Source of the DNA: an uncultured Chloroflexia bacterium
Lineage (GTDB): Bacteria; Chloroflexota; Anaerolineae; Anaerolineales; UBA4823
Reading direction: 5' to 3'
NCBI GenBank assembly: GCA_963809615.1
Contig: CAWEKR010000002.1
Span: 6,725 to 70,724 of the forward strand
DNA length: 64,000 nucleotides
Shown: positions 1 to 8,508 of the stretch, piece by piece
Layout: the number at the start of each line of letters is the position of its first letter
Position numbering within the stretch: the first letter of the stretch is position 1
Notes under the pieces: model-generated
Databases searched by the model: none
What the model saw: only the letters and a program-made list of their open reading frames with translations
Told to the model about the DNA's origin: nothing
Program-made: the position numbers and the translations under genes

Positions 1-649
1 TTCCTAACTGGATTTCTCTTACCACCCGACCGAATGCCCGCCCAAGCTCGTTATCCCATTTCTCATACAATTTGGACATCGCCGCATCGAAACCTAACCC
101 AGCTTCTACACAGATGGTTAATAAATCCAGTCCATCTGGCATTGCTTTACGAATATCTTTTTGTCTGCGGTCAATTCGACTTTGTAAAAGTAGGTCTGGT
201 AAATAAAAACCCAGAATCGCCGCTGGTAAACCTAACAAAAGACCCTTTCCATCTAAAAAACTACCTGGAGGTGCGATATAAGCCAGGATGATAAAGATCC
301 CCCCAAGGGGAATGCCCACAAATCGGAGGGCAAAAAATATAGCTGGATCCACATTCCCGGGGTTTCCAGCTAATTCTACCTTTCTCGACATGGAAGTGAT
401 AGCGTTCTGCGGGGTAAACCGCATTACAAATTCCCCCATCTTTTTAGCGATCGGCACGATGATGCGCTGGGAGAATGGTTGAGAAAGTTCGATTTCTTCC
501 AGGGAAACCGTTTCTCCCCGAGTAACAAATTCAGATAATCGTTCTTCGAGTGGATCCGAGCCTTGAGGTGACCGTATACCGACAATCACCAAAATAACTG
601 CGCCGATGACGATCACGAAACCGATAATAAATAGTGGTAAGGTGGCCAT
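1..649 (-). CDS. tadC: Tad pilus inner-membrane platform protein TadC (T2SS F family), runs off the left edge
   Basis: Not in ORF track. Manual translation from ATG at 649 (RBS GGAG upstream) is open to position 1: MATLPLFIIG...MPDGLDLLTICVEAGLGFDAAM...REIQLG, the typical TadC motif; directly follows tadB. Confidence 0.9.
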   Translation of the reverse strand, partial: MATLPLFIIGFVIVIGAVILVIVGIRSPQGSDPLEERLSEFVTRGETVSLEEIELSQPFSQRIIVPIAKKMGEFVMRFTPQNAITSMSRKVELAGNPGNVDPAIFFALRFVGIPLGGIFIILAYIAPPGSFLDGKGLLLGLPAAILGFYLPDLLLQSRIDRRQKDIRKAMPDGLDLLTICVEAGLGFDAAMSKLYEKWDNELGRAFGRVVREIQLG

Positions 650-674
650 TTTCACGTCTCCTGGAATAGAAGCG

Positions 675-1670
675 TCATACCTCGATGCTGGCAATCTTCG
701 TCATGAAGAAATAACCCAATATGATCATAAACGCTCCAGCGATCAATAAGGGGATTCCATATATGCGCGTCGCCGGATTAAAAAATCTCATCATATAATC
801 ACGGTTTAGAAAATACATCCCAATAATTACTGCGACTGGCATGATTGCCAGTACACGACCAGACATCATCACCTGAGAGGTTAAAACCCGGATTTCACCT
901 TTAACCCGCACCCGTTCACGGATCGTGTGTGAAATGGTATCCAGGATTTCAGCAAGATTTCCACCTACTTCTCGTTGAACACTCATGGCGGTCACAACCA
1001 GGTCCAGATCTTTACTTGGAATTCTACGGGTCAAGTTTTCCAATGAGGTATCCATGGCGATGCCGATCTGCATTTCCTGGACTAAGCGGCGAAATTCATC
1101 CGATATTGGAGGAGGTAATTCCCGGCTTACGGCTTCCATAGCCTGCATGGTGGAATAGCCTGCCCTGAGGCCATTCACCAACAGGTTCAGCATATCCGCT
1201 AGCTGGTTATCAAATTTAGTCAGTCTTTTACCTTGCTGCCTTCTGAGATATATTATTGGTGCAAAGAATCCGATTACGCCCCCGATAAGAATACCCGGGA
1301 TATTCATCACCATCTGCGCGGCGGTCTCGCCCTTGCCAATATTCGAGCCCCCACCCAAATACCAGCCAATAAAACCGCCTAAACAGGTCAGAATGACAAT
1401 GATAAGGATGAACTCACCCACTTTCATCTTTATATCGGCCCGCGCGAGGGACCGGGTCAGGGATTGCCCCCAGGTATAACGCGTTGCCTGTTTTCCCACC
1501 CATTCACCAATAACCGCTTTTTTCGGGGATACTTCGACTCCCTGATCTTCGAGATATTCAAGGCGGTCATCTACCAAAGACTTTTCTTCAGTGGCAGTAA
1601 CAATTAATCCTATGACCATGAGGATCAGTGCTAATGCTCCACCCAAGATCAGAATTGTTGTCGGACCCAT
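675..1670 (-). CDS. tadB: Tad pilus assembly protein TadB (T2SS F family)
   Basis: N-terminal TM helix; motifs QLADMLNLLVNGLRAGYS, EVGGNLAEIL; lies between cpaF and tadC. Confidence 0.9.
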   Translation of the reverse strand: MGPTTILILGGALALILMVIGLIVTATEEKSLVDDRLEYLEDQGVEVSPKKAVIGEWVGKQATRYTWGQSLTRSLARADIKMKVGEFILIIVILTCLGGFIGWYLGGGSNIGKGETAAQMVMNIPGILIGGVIGFFAPIIYLRRQQGKRLTKFDNQLADMLNLLVNGLRAGYSTMQAMEAVSRELPPPISDEFRRLVQEMQIGIAMDTSLENLTRRIPSKDLDLVVTAMSVQREVGGNLAEILDTISHTIRERVRVKGEIRVLTSQVMMSGRVLAIMPVAVIIGMYFLNRDYMMRFFNPATRIYGIPLLIAGAFMIILGYFFMTKIASIEV

Positions 1671-1700
1671 AATTGACCTCTGTTTTACCAGCGGGGGGAT

Positions 1701-3107
1701 TTAATAACGCCTGCGCTCGCCGATGCCAAAAATTGAAGGAGGGAGATGGATCCCAGAAGATTCAATCTTGTCCATAAATTTCGGACGCAAACCGGTGGGG
1801 CGCAATCTACCGATAATCTTACCACCTTCAAATCCGGATTGTTCGAACACAAAGATATCCGTCATCGTAATCACATCACCTTCCATCCCGGAGACTTCGG
1901 TAATATTAACCACTTTACGTGTTCCATCCCTCATCCGCTCCTCGTGGACAACAAGATCGATAGCAGAAGAAACCTGTTCCCGGATCGCACGGACGGGTAA
2001 TTCCATGCCGGCCATCATGACCATGGTTTCACAACGTGCGAGTGTATCCCGGGGGCTGTTTGAGTGTGCAGTTGTCATCGAACCGTCGTGACCGGTGTTC
2101 ATGGCCTGCAACATATCCAGAGCAGCTTCATCGCGGATTTCACCAACGATGATCCTGTCAGGGCGCATACGCAAACAGTTGATCACCAGCTGTCGAATGG
2201 TGACTTCCCCTCGACCCTCAATATTGGGAGGGCGCGATTCCAATGTAACTACATGCTCCTGGCGCAATTGCAGCTCAGCCGCATTCTCCACGGTAACGAT
2301 ACGCTCGTCTGACGGGATAAACTGGGACAGAATATTGAGCAGCGTAGTTTTTCCAGAGCCAGTACCCCCAGATATCACCAGGTTCAGTCTTGATTCCACA
2401 CAAGCTTTTAAAAACTGAAGGGCTTCCGGCGTAATGGTACCATACTCGATTAATTGCTCCAGAGTGATTGGATTTTTGGCAAATTTTCGCACCGTCAATA
2501 CCGGGCCAACCAAGGAGATCGGAGGGATCACTGCATTCACACGTGACCCATCAGGCAAGCGTGCATCGACGTACGGGCTGGATTCATCGATGCGCCTGCC
2601 CAGAGGAGCAACGATCCGATCAATGATGCGTAATACGTGCTCATCACTTTCGAATGCCACCGGAACACGAATGATCTTGCCTGCACGCTCGATATATATA
2701 TTTTTGGCGCCATTCACCATCACTTCAGTAATCGTATCATCCTCAAGCAACGTTTGTATGGGTCCGTAACCCAGGATCTCAGCACTGATCTGTTCAAATA
2801 ACCGTTGTTTTTCTGGTCGCGAAAGCACGATATTTTCTTCAGCCAGCACTTGTTCAAATAAGTCCTGGATCGTGCTGCGCACTTCGGAGACCCGGGTGAT
2901 ATCCATGGTGGGATCAAGCTCGGATAACAACCTGTTTTGGACACGAGTTTTTAGGTCGGAATACGTATCCTTTTGAAGACCGACACCAGGAGGAACAACA
3001 CGCCGGGCTTGTAAGGTGATTAGACTAGGTTGAGAGCTACCAGCGGATGACTGGGGTGCTTGCGGCTGGGAACTCTTTCCTTGTTCAATTCGTTTCAGGA
3101 GTGACAT
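1701..3107 (-). CDS. cpaF: Tad pilus assembly ATPase CpaF/TadA
   Basis: Walker A GGTGSGKTT, LRMRPDRIIVGE, AMNTGHDGSMTTAH, DARLPDGSRVN. Confidence 0.95.
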   Translation of the reverse strand: MSLLKRIEQGKSSQPQAPQSSAGSSQPSLITLQARRVVPPGVGLQKDTYSDLKTRVQNRLLSELDPTMDITRVSEVRSTIQDLFEQVLAEENIVLSRPEKQRLFEQISAEILGYGPIQTLLEDDTITEVMVNGAKNIYIERAGKIIRVPVAFESDEHVLRIIDRIVAPLGRRIDESSPYVDARLPDGSRVNAVIPPISLVGPVLTVRKFAKNPITLEQLIEYGTITPEALQFLKACVESRLNLVISGGTGSGKTTLLNILSQFIPSDERIVTVENAAELQLRQEHVVTLESRPPNIEGRGEVTIRQLVINCLRMRPDRIIVGEIRDEAALDMLQAMNTGHDGSMTTAHSNSPRDTLARCETMVMMAGMELPVRAIREQVSSAIDLVVHEERMRDGTRKVVNITEVSGMEGDVITMTDIFVFEQSGFEGGKIIGRLRPTGLRPKFMDKIESSGIHLPPSIFGIGERRRY

Positions 3108-3136
3108 TTCATATCCTCCAGATCAACTCAGTAGTT

Positions 3137-4390
3137 TTATTTTCTACCATTTTTTTTAGCGGATAGCTCAGGCTCGCCTTGTGATTCAAGCTCGGAAATC
3201 CGTTTCCTCACCACTTCAGCCAATGTAAGGATCGCCCGGGATAATGGACGTGATTTATCTACCAATAGAAATGGAATGCCGCGGTTAACGGAGACGATCA
3301 CTCTTTCTTCAAAGGGGACCACTGCAGCAATTTCTTGCTTTAAATTCTCACTTACTTTTTCGGTAGTAATTCCAATCCTTTTATCGAACTTGTTCATAAC
3401 AAAAATGATCCGCTTTCGATCGAAGCCTAAAGCATCCGTCTCATCCAGGAAAAGCCTTGAATTTTTGATGGAGGGGATATCCTGGGTAGTGAGCAGGATC
3501 AGCAAATCACTATTATTGATCGCACTTGCGGTAATATCGAGTAATGCCGAGGCAGTATCAATGATGATATACGAATACATGTTTCGCAGCTGCATGATCA
3601 CTTTGGAGAATTGTTCACTTGAAACCAGGTCGCTTTGTTCAGGTTTCATGGGTGCAGCCAATATCTTGATACCGGATTGAGAGTGTTTTATGGTGACACT
3701 ATTGACAATATCCGCGTCCAGTTCATCCGATCGAGGCGCCAGATCCAGGATACTGAATTTTCCCTGCTCATTCAAGAAGACTGCCACATCACCGAATTGC
3801 AGATTTGCATCCACGATCACGACTGATGTTTCCTCATTACTCAAACAAATCGCAAGGTTCGTGGCAAGGGTCGTGCAGCCTGATCCTCCCTTCGGGCTGT
3901 AAAAAGTGATTACCTTGCCCCCTCCCAAGACCGAACCCAATGGATACGTACCACCTGCCCGGGGGGTTTGCACACCACTCACCTGGGGCATTTTTGTGCG
4001 TTCTTCGTGCGCCATTGCGCCTGCCCGGCGGATGGCTGAATTTAATTCATCGATCGTAGGTGGTTTGGTCAGAAAATCTCGCGCTCCGGCCAGCATCGCC
4101 CTGCGCATATAATTAGGGTCGTTCTGGATCGAAAGGATAACGATCTGTGCAAATGGCACGATTTTTCTGATGATCTCTGTAGCTGCGATGCCATCCATAT
4201 CAGGCATATTGATATCCATCAGAAGGACATCTGGCTTCACATCTTTGGCGATATCAATTGCCTCGCGGCCAGTTCTGGCCACCCCAACGACTTCAACATC
4301 GGGCTCAAACTGGAGCAGTTTCCTGATGTTCTCTCTCGTCTCAGCGATGTCATCGACGATGACTACTCGAATTTTTTCCGTATCAACCAC
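3137..4390 (-). CDS. cpaE: CpaE/TadZ-like protein: N-terminal receiver domain plus MinD/ParA-like ATPase domain
   Basis: REC motifs VDD, MDINMP, LS, KP intact; deviant Walker A PKGGSGCTT; VDANLQFGD; GTG start with GAGG RBS. Confidence 0.85.
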   Translation of the reverse strand: MVDTEKIRVVIVDDIAETRENIRKLLQFEPDVEVVGVARTGREAIDIAKDVKPDVLLMDINMPDMDGIAATEIIRKIVPFAQIVILSIQNDPNYMRRAMLAGARDFLTKPPTIDELNSAIRRAGAMAHEERTKMPQVSGVQTPRAGGTYPLGSVLGGGKVITFYSPKGGSGCTTLATNLAICLSNEETSVVIVDANLQFGDVAVFLNEQGKFSILDLAPRSDELDADIVNSVTIKHSQSGIKILAAPMKPEQSDLVSSEQFSKVIMQLRNMYSYIIIDTASALLDITASAINNSDLLILLTTQDIPSIKNSRLFLDETDALGFDRKRIIFVMNKFDKRIGITTEKVSENLKQEIAAVVPFEERVIVSVNRGIPFLLVDKSRPLSRAILTLAEVVRKRISELESQGEPELSAKKNGRK

Positions 4391-4413
4391 TTATTTCCTC
4401 CAAGGTAAAACTA

Positions 4414-5577
4414 TTAAGGTTGTGGGGTGGGGGTAGTATCATACTGGAGTGACGGGGGCACCAAGGCATCTACAGCCGGTTCAAATCCGTAGGGTAGTTT
4501 AACTGGAATGGGTATATTATACTGATCCAACAAATATGACAAGGTAACAGCTTCTGTTCCATTGGTTTCAACATCCCGAGGATTCCGTAATACCAGAGTA
4601 AGCTGGGCACCTCCGTAAATCAAGTAATTTAAGGTGACCGCATCCTGCGGAGATACGATTAAGGTGATCACGTCGGGAGGTAAAGGCATGGGGGTAGGTG
4701 TGGGTCCAACCGGCTCCTGGACCGGTTCAGTCCCTGGTTCAGGGGTTGCGGTGGGTGCAGGTTGCGTAGCCGCAAGGGCAGCTCTTTGTGCTGGGGTTAA
4801 AAAGTTTCCCATCTGCAGCACAATTACGTCCTGTACCAGGGTCTGACTTACCAGACGTGGACGTTGCTGCTCTGAGGGTAAAATATAAAATGTCTGATTC
4901 ATCAGCGCATCCGTTTCAGGTCGACCTTGCTCAGACGGGCCACGAAATGGTTCTGCAAGTAACGTATCGATCCTTGGCTTGTCGACGATCTCGTCACTTC
5001 TGAGGACTCCACCTCCCGCAGGTGCGATCACATTGCCGGTCCAATTGGGCAATTTCGTCTGCCAGGCAGGATCCAGGTCCACAAAAAGCATTGTAACGAT
5101 TACATTCACATGATCTCCCCTTTGAGGGGCATAAGACACGCTCGATAAACGGCTGATCGGGATGGAGACTGCCACCATTCCTGGAGATATGAACAAGGCA
5201 TCATCCGAACCGAGCTCAGTAATTGGAGATTCAGTCACTAAGGCAGAGGTCACCACCGTGTACGGATCCATGGAGTAGCGCGCCATTTTCCCAACGACTT
5301 GATTGATGTCGGTATACATGATCGGCAGCACCAAGTCTGACTGATAATCGACTGTATCCAACTTGTCAGCCGTAATAATATCACCTCGCTGCACTTGCTG
5401 CGTTACCACCACAACCTTGGTTGTAGAAACCGGAGTTGGAGTGGATACAGGTTGGTTAGCCTCACTCGTCCCTTGTGCTCCTGAGAATATCCCGCCACCC
5501 CGGGATAATAATAACACCAAAGCGAGAGCAATGACGATGATCAATGCCAATAGTAAGAAAATTCTTCCTCGACGCAT
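4414..5577 (-). CDS. cpaB: Flp pilus assembly protein CpaB/RcpC (SAF plus RcpC domain)
   Basis: N-terminal TM anchor, SAF-like VVVTQQVQRGDII, PGMVAVSIPI..GDHVNVI, VITLIVSPQDA; Pro/Thr-rich linkers; first gene of the tad operon. Confidence 0.85.
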   Translation of the reverse strand: MRRGRIFLLLALIIVIALALVLLLSRGGGIFSGAQGTSEANQPVSTPTPVSTTKVVVVTQQVQRGDIITADKLDTVDYQSDLVLPIMYTDINQVVGKMARYSMDPYTVVTSALVTESPITELGSDDALFISPGMVAVSIPISRLSSVSYAPQRGDHVNVIVTMLFVDLDPAWQTKLPNWTGNVIAPAGGGVLRSDEIVDKPRIDTLLAEPFRGPSEQGRPETDALMNQTFYILPSEQQRPRLVSQTLVQDVIVLQMGNFLTPAQRAALAATQPAPTATPEPGTEPVQEPVGPTPTPMPLPPDVITLIVSPQDAVTLNYLIYGGAQLTLVLRNPRDVETNGTEAVTLSYLLDQYNIPIPVKLPYGFEPAVDALVPPSLQYDTTPTPQP

Positions 5578-5621
5578 TTCTGCCTCCCTAGATCTGGTAT
5601 TCTCGAGCTGCCTTCTGTTTA

Positions 5622-5649
5622 ATCATACGACCAATATATCAAAAGTCAA
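5622..5649 (-). promoter_or_regulatory. Putative sigma70 promoter of the cpaB-tad operon
   Basis: Minus strand TTGACT-N16-TATGAT, about 45 nt upstream of the cpaB start. Confidence 0.5.
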
Positions 5650-5781
5650 GTACAGGAGATTTTGTCCCCTACGGGTAATAAAATGATTTTTACTCACCGC
5701 CCTGTTTGCTGCAAGATTTAAGCCAGACTAAAAACCGATTAGATCTTATTAAAGTGATATGTTTGGTATGATATAAACATT

Positions 5782-5851
5782 TCAAATTACAAGAACCGAT
5801 AATAACTGGCTAAAAGAATCTGGACACCTGGGTACCCAGAACGGTGGGTGC
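5782..5851 (-). pseudogene. Probable decayed flp pilin fragment
   Basis: About 34/44 nt identity by eye to the 3' half of flp copy B; translates as TVLGTQVSRFF-(frameshift)-SQLLSVLVI* versus TVLGTQISTVFSRISSALGAT*. Confidence 0.5.
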
Positions 5852-6209
5852 TCTACGTGATGGTTGCTGAAAAGATTACATTCTATCCATTCTCGCTATT
5901 AAATGAGTCTGATTGAACCAGCTTGAAAACTTGACTATATCCGAGTTCCAATTCTAATTCCATGCTTGATTCGAGCGTCCAAGAATCCTACTGTATTAAA
6001 TCACGAAATACCAAGACGGAACAGTTAATTCGACCTAACAAATATGTAAGTCGTTAGAGCACGCCCTTTGGTATCTGATCAGGCTTTTATCGACTAATGT
6101 CGCCTGCGATCTGGGGATATCGTTAATCTGCGCTGGGTAATTCTTGTAGCGGTTGTAGCTATCGGTCAACCCACCAATATTATAACCAGCGAATCCTAAT
6201 AACCAAATA

Positions 6210-6277
6210 CCGCATTAAATGCTATGGACTCAATGAGTATCGGGTCCAAATCTAGCAAAACGAAATTACTAAGAGCA
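6210..6277 (-). repeat. Degenerate third copy of the flp stop-codon/terminator segment (pilin CDS lost)
   Basis: atggactcaatgagtatcgggtccaaatctagcaaaacgaaattactaag aligns without gaps to atggacccgatgagtatcgggtccatatccaggaaaatgaatttactaag at 6962-7011. Confidence 0.75.
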
Positions 6278-6447
6278 TAAGAATTCTCTATGAGCAGCCA
6301 GTGTGATCGACAATACCTTGACGAAGCCCTTTCGTTGTTTGCGTTGGCTCATCGCCGTTACAATTCTGCTTCCGGGAGCGACACTTTGATCCAATATCAT
6401 ATTCTGCCGCGGGCCATCAGCCGAATCATAGGCTCCGATTAAACAGA

Positions 6448-6473
6448 ATGGACCCGATGGGTATCGGGTCCAT
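6448..6473 (-). terminator. Intrinsic terminator of flp copy A
   Basis: Perfect 11-bp stem ATGGACCCGAT/ATCGGGTCCAT, 4-nt loop, followed on the minus strand by TCTGTTT. Confidence 0.75.
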
Positions 6474-6492
6474 ATCCAGGAAAATGAATTTA

Positions 6493-6648
6493 CTAAGTGG
6501 CACCGAGTGCTGAAGAAATTCGGCTGAAGACCGTGGAGATCTGTGTGCCGAGGACGGTGAGAACTACGATAACAACAATGGCAATCAGTACGATAATCAA
6601 CGCGTATTCGACCATACCCTGACCTTTTTCTTTCGGTGAGAACAACAT
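6493..6648 (-). CDS. flp: Flp family type IVb pilin (copy A), 51 aa
   Basis: MLFSPKEKG|QGMVEYALIIVLIAIVVIVVL..., Flp G-x4-EY motif; AGGAGG RBS before ATG 6648 (ORF track extends too far upstream). Confidence 0.95.
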   Translation of the reverse strand: MLFSPKEKGQGMVEYALIIVLIAIVVIVVLTVLGTQISTVFSRISSALGAT

Positions 6649-6701
6649 CGCATTTACCTCCTTCCTTAGCGGATTTCGTTGAATCAATCAATGTTGTAAA
6701 T

Positions 6702-6757
6702 ATTATATATACTTCCAACATTAAATGCAATAGATAAACGCTTAATAATCCCTTACA
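6702..6757 (-). promoter_or_regulatory. sigma70 promoter of flp A plus upstream conserved box
   Basis: TTGCAT-N17-TATAAT; TGTAAGGGATTATTAAG ends 10 nt upstream of the -35; same layout in copy B. Confidence 0.75.
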
Positions 6758-6961
6758 CTTATGTAATGTGTGTGAAATGGATCTGACATCATAAGGATTA
6801 GCTAAGAGCAACCAGCCTGATCTGCCATACCTTGACGAAGCCCTTTCATTGTTTGCGTTGGCTCATCGCCAGTACCAAGCTCCTTCCGGGAGCGATCCTT
6901 TGATCAAATATCATATTCTGCCCCGAGCCATCAGTTGAATCGTGAGCTCCGATTAAACAGA

Positions 6962-6987
6962 ATGGACCCGATGAGTATCGGGTCCAT
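6962..6987 (-). terminator. Intrinsic terminator of flp copy B
   Basis: Same 11-bp stem as copy A; only a loop base differs. Confidence 0.75.
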
Positions 6988-7006
6988 ATCCAGGAAAATG
7001 AATTTA

Positions 7007-7162
7007 CTAAGTGGCACCGAGTGCAGAAGAAATTCGGCTGAAGACTGTGGAGATCTGGGTACCCAGGACGGTAAGTACAACTATGACAACAATCGCAATT
7101 AGTACAATAATTAATGCATATTCGACCATACCCTGACCTTTTTCTTTTGGCGAGAACAACAT
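7007..7162 (-). CDS. flp: Flp family type IVb pilin (copy B), 51 aa, protein identical to copy A
   Basis: Missed by the ORF track (<60 aa); manual translation MLFSPKEKGQGMVEYALIIVLIAIVVIVVLTVLGTQISTVFSRISSALGAT*; AGGAGG RBS. Confidence 0.95.
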   Translation of the reverse strand: MLFSPKEKGQGMVEYALIIVLIAIVVIVVLTVLGTQISTVFSRISSALGAT

Positions 7163-7217
7163 CGCATTCACCTCCTTCCCTGTTAAGTGTCTAAGTTCCT
7201 TTTTCTAAGCTTGTAAC

Positions 7218-7273
7218 ATTATATGAAATTTCGGCGAAAAAAGCAATATCTATAGCCTTAATAACCCCTTACA
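7218..7273 (-). promoter_or_regulatory. sigma70 promoter of flp B plus upstream conserved box
   Basis: TTGCTT-N17-TATAAT; TGTAAGGGGTTATTAAG ends 10 nt upstream of the -35. Confidence 0.75.
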
Positions 7274-7274
7274 A

Positions 7275-8348
7275 TTATGCAAAGGCTCCTGCATTCACCG
7301 CCGGTATTTGGAATAATATATGTGCTCCGTGTCCGACGGTACTATGCACCTCCATACTTCCTCCCAGCATTTGTACTCGATCATGAATCACTTTCAAGCC
7401 CATGCCACCCGATTCCTGCGCTTTTTCTACATCAAACCCTTTCCCGTTATCTTCAAGACTTACCCTTAACCCTTCTGAGGACGAGTCTATTTGAAGGATC
7501 ACCTGAGTAGCCTGACTGTGGAGGGCGATATTAGCCAATAATTCCTGAATGGCACGGAATACCATCACTTCAAGATAGGATTCAAACCTTTGTTCCATCC
7601 CGGTAGAAACTAACCTCACTTCGATCCCTGATTGTTCTTTAAAGGTTTCCACATATCTGGTTATCGTAGGCACCAAACCCAAGTCGTCCAACATCATGGG
7701 CCGCAAATCAAAAATGAAATCGCGTACCTTTTGAAATGTGGATGACGCAGTCATTTTTACGCCCGCGAGCTCTTCTTTTGCTTTTGCCTGGTCGATGTCA
7801 AATAATCGCATCGCGATCTCAGTTTGCAGGATGAAATTCGATAGGGCTTGAGCAGGACCATCATGCATTTTGCGCGCCAGGCGACCCCGTTCTGCTTCCT
7901 GGGCTTGAATGATCATTTCTACCGACTTCGCTAATGCCAATTGGTCCTTCTTACTCCCACTCGGATCGATCTCTCCTGACATCAAAGCTTGGTTAACTCT
8001 TTCCAATATACCCAGAAAATGCTCGATATGGGTATGATCACTTTGTAATTTATCAATTTGTCCGCGCATCACAAATAGTCTTTGCTGGGCGTCCAAGGCT
8101 GCATCATATGCCATGCGAATATCTGCTTTTGAAGCTGATTCAAATTGCGCCTGTATCTGTTGTAAATGAGCAGAGATCGATGCATTCCTTTGCTGGATCC
8201 TGGAGACCTCAAGCTGACTTTGCTCAATTAACATGACGATTTCTTTTAATTCCTTCTGGGTTTGTTCCAGCTCAATCCGGCAATCCTGTCTGAGCTTTTC
8301 CCAAAACGTAAGTTCTTCTTGATCTTGAGTTTTGCTGGGTAAATCCAT
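7275..8348 (-). CDS. Soluble DegS-like sensor histidine kinase (coiled coil, HisKA_3, HATPase)
   Basis: QEAERGRLARKMHDGPAQ H-box, LRPMMLDDLGL, EDNGKGFD, GMGL; no TM segment; ATG 8348 fits the GAGGAG RBS. Confidence 0.85.
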   Translation of the reverse strand: MDLPSKTQDQEELTFWEKLRQDCRIELEQTQKELKEIVMLIEQSQLEVSRIQQRNASISAHLQQIQAQFESASKADIRMAYDAALDAQQRLFVMRGQIDKLQSDHTHIEHFLGILERVNQALMSGEIDPSGSKKDQLALAKSVEMIIQAQEAERGRLARKMHDGPAQALSNFILQTEIAMRLFDIDQAKAKEELAGVKMTASSTFQKVRDFIFDLRPMMLDDLGLVPTITRYVETFKEQSGIEVRLVSTGMEQRFESYLEVMVFRAIQELLANIALHSQATQVILQIDSSSEGLRVSLEDNGKGFDVEKAQESGGMGLKVIHDRVQMLGGSMEVHSTVGHGAHILFQIPAVNAGAFA

Positions 8349-8508
8349 ATTCAATACTCCTCAATCCAGTCACAGCTTCTCGAGTTATTGAAAAAGAGTA
8401 TAGCACAGGTAAACTACGCAAGCAACCTTCATAGCTAACAATTCTAATAACCAGGAGGGTTAGCTCCTCATGTATAATTCTTGTGTACCCCAGGAAAATT
8501 AAATATTA

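Larger units (their letters stand above)
6276..7275. repeat. Tandem duplication, period about 514 bp (unit A about 6276-6789, unit B about 6790-7275), each with promoter, flp, terminator and conserved 3' block
   Basis: Colinear similarity at constant offset 514 from cataag (6276/6790) through the pilin genes; promoter motifs at offset 516. Confidence 0.9.

Noticed and set aside
34-482. Two short plus-strand ORFs
   Set aside because: Antisense shadows of tadC, which is open on the minus strand.
6269-6811. 180-aa minus-strand ORF spanning flp A
   Set aside because: Overlaps the pilin in another frame, crosses its promoter and terminator, and the equivalent frame in unit B has a stop.
6224-7010. 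Repeated hairpin as a possible CRISPR array
   Set aside because: Three copies at uneven spacing of about 224 and 514 nt, each tied to a pilin 3' end; no spacers and no cas genes.
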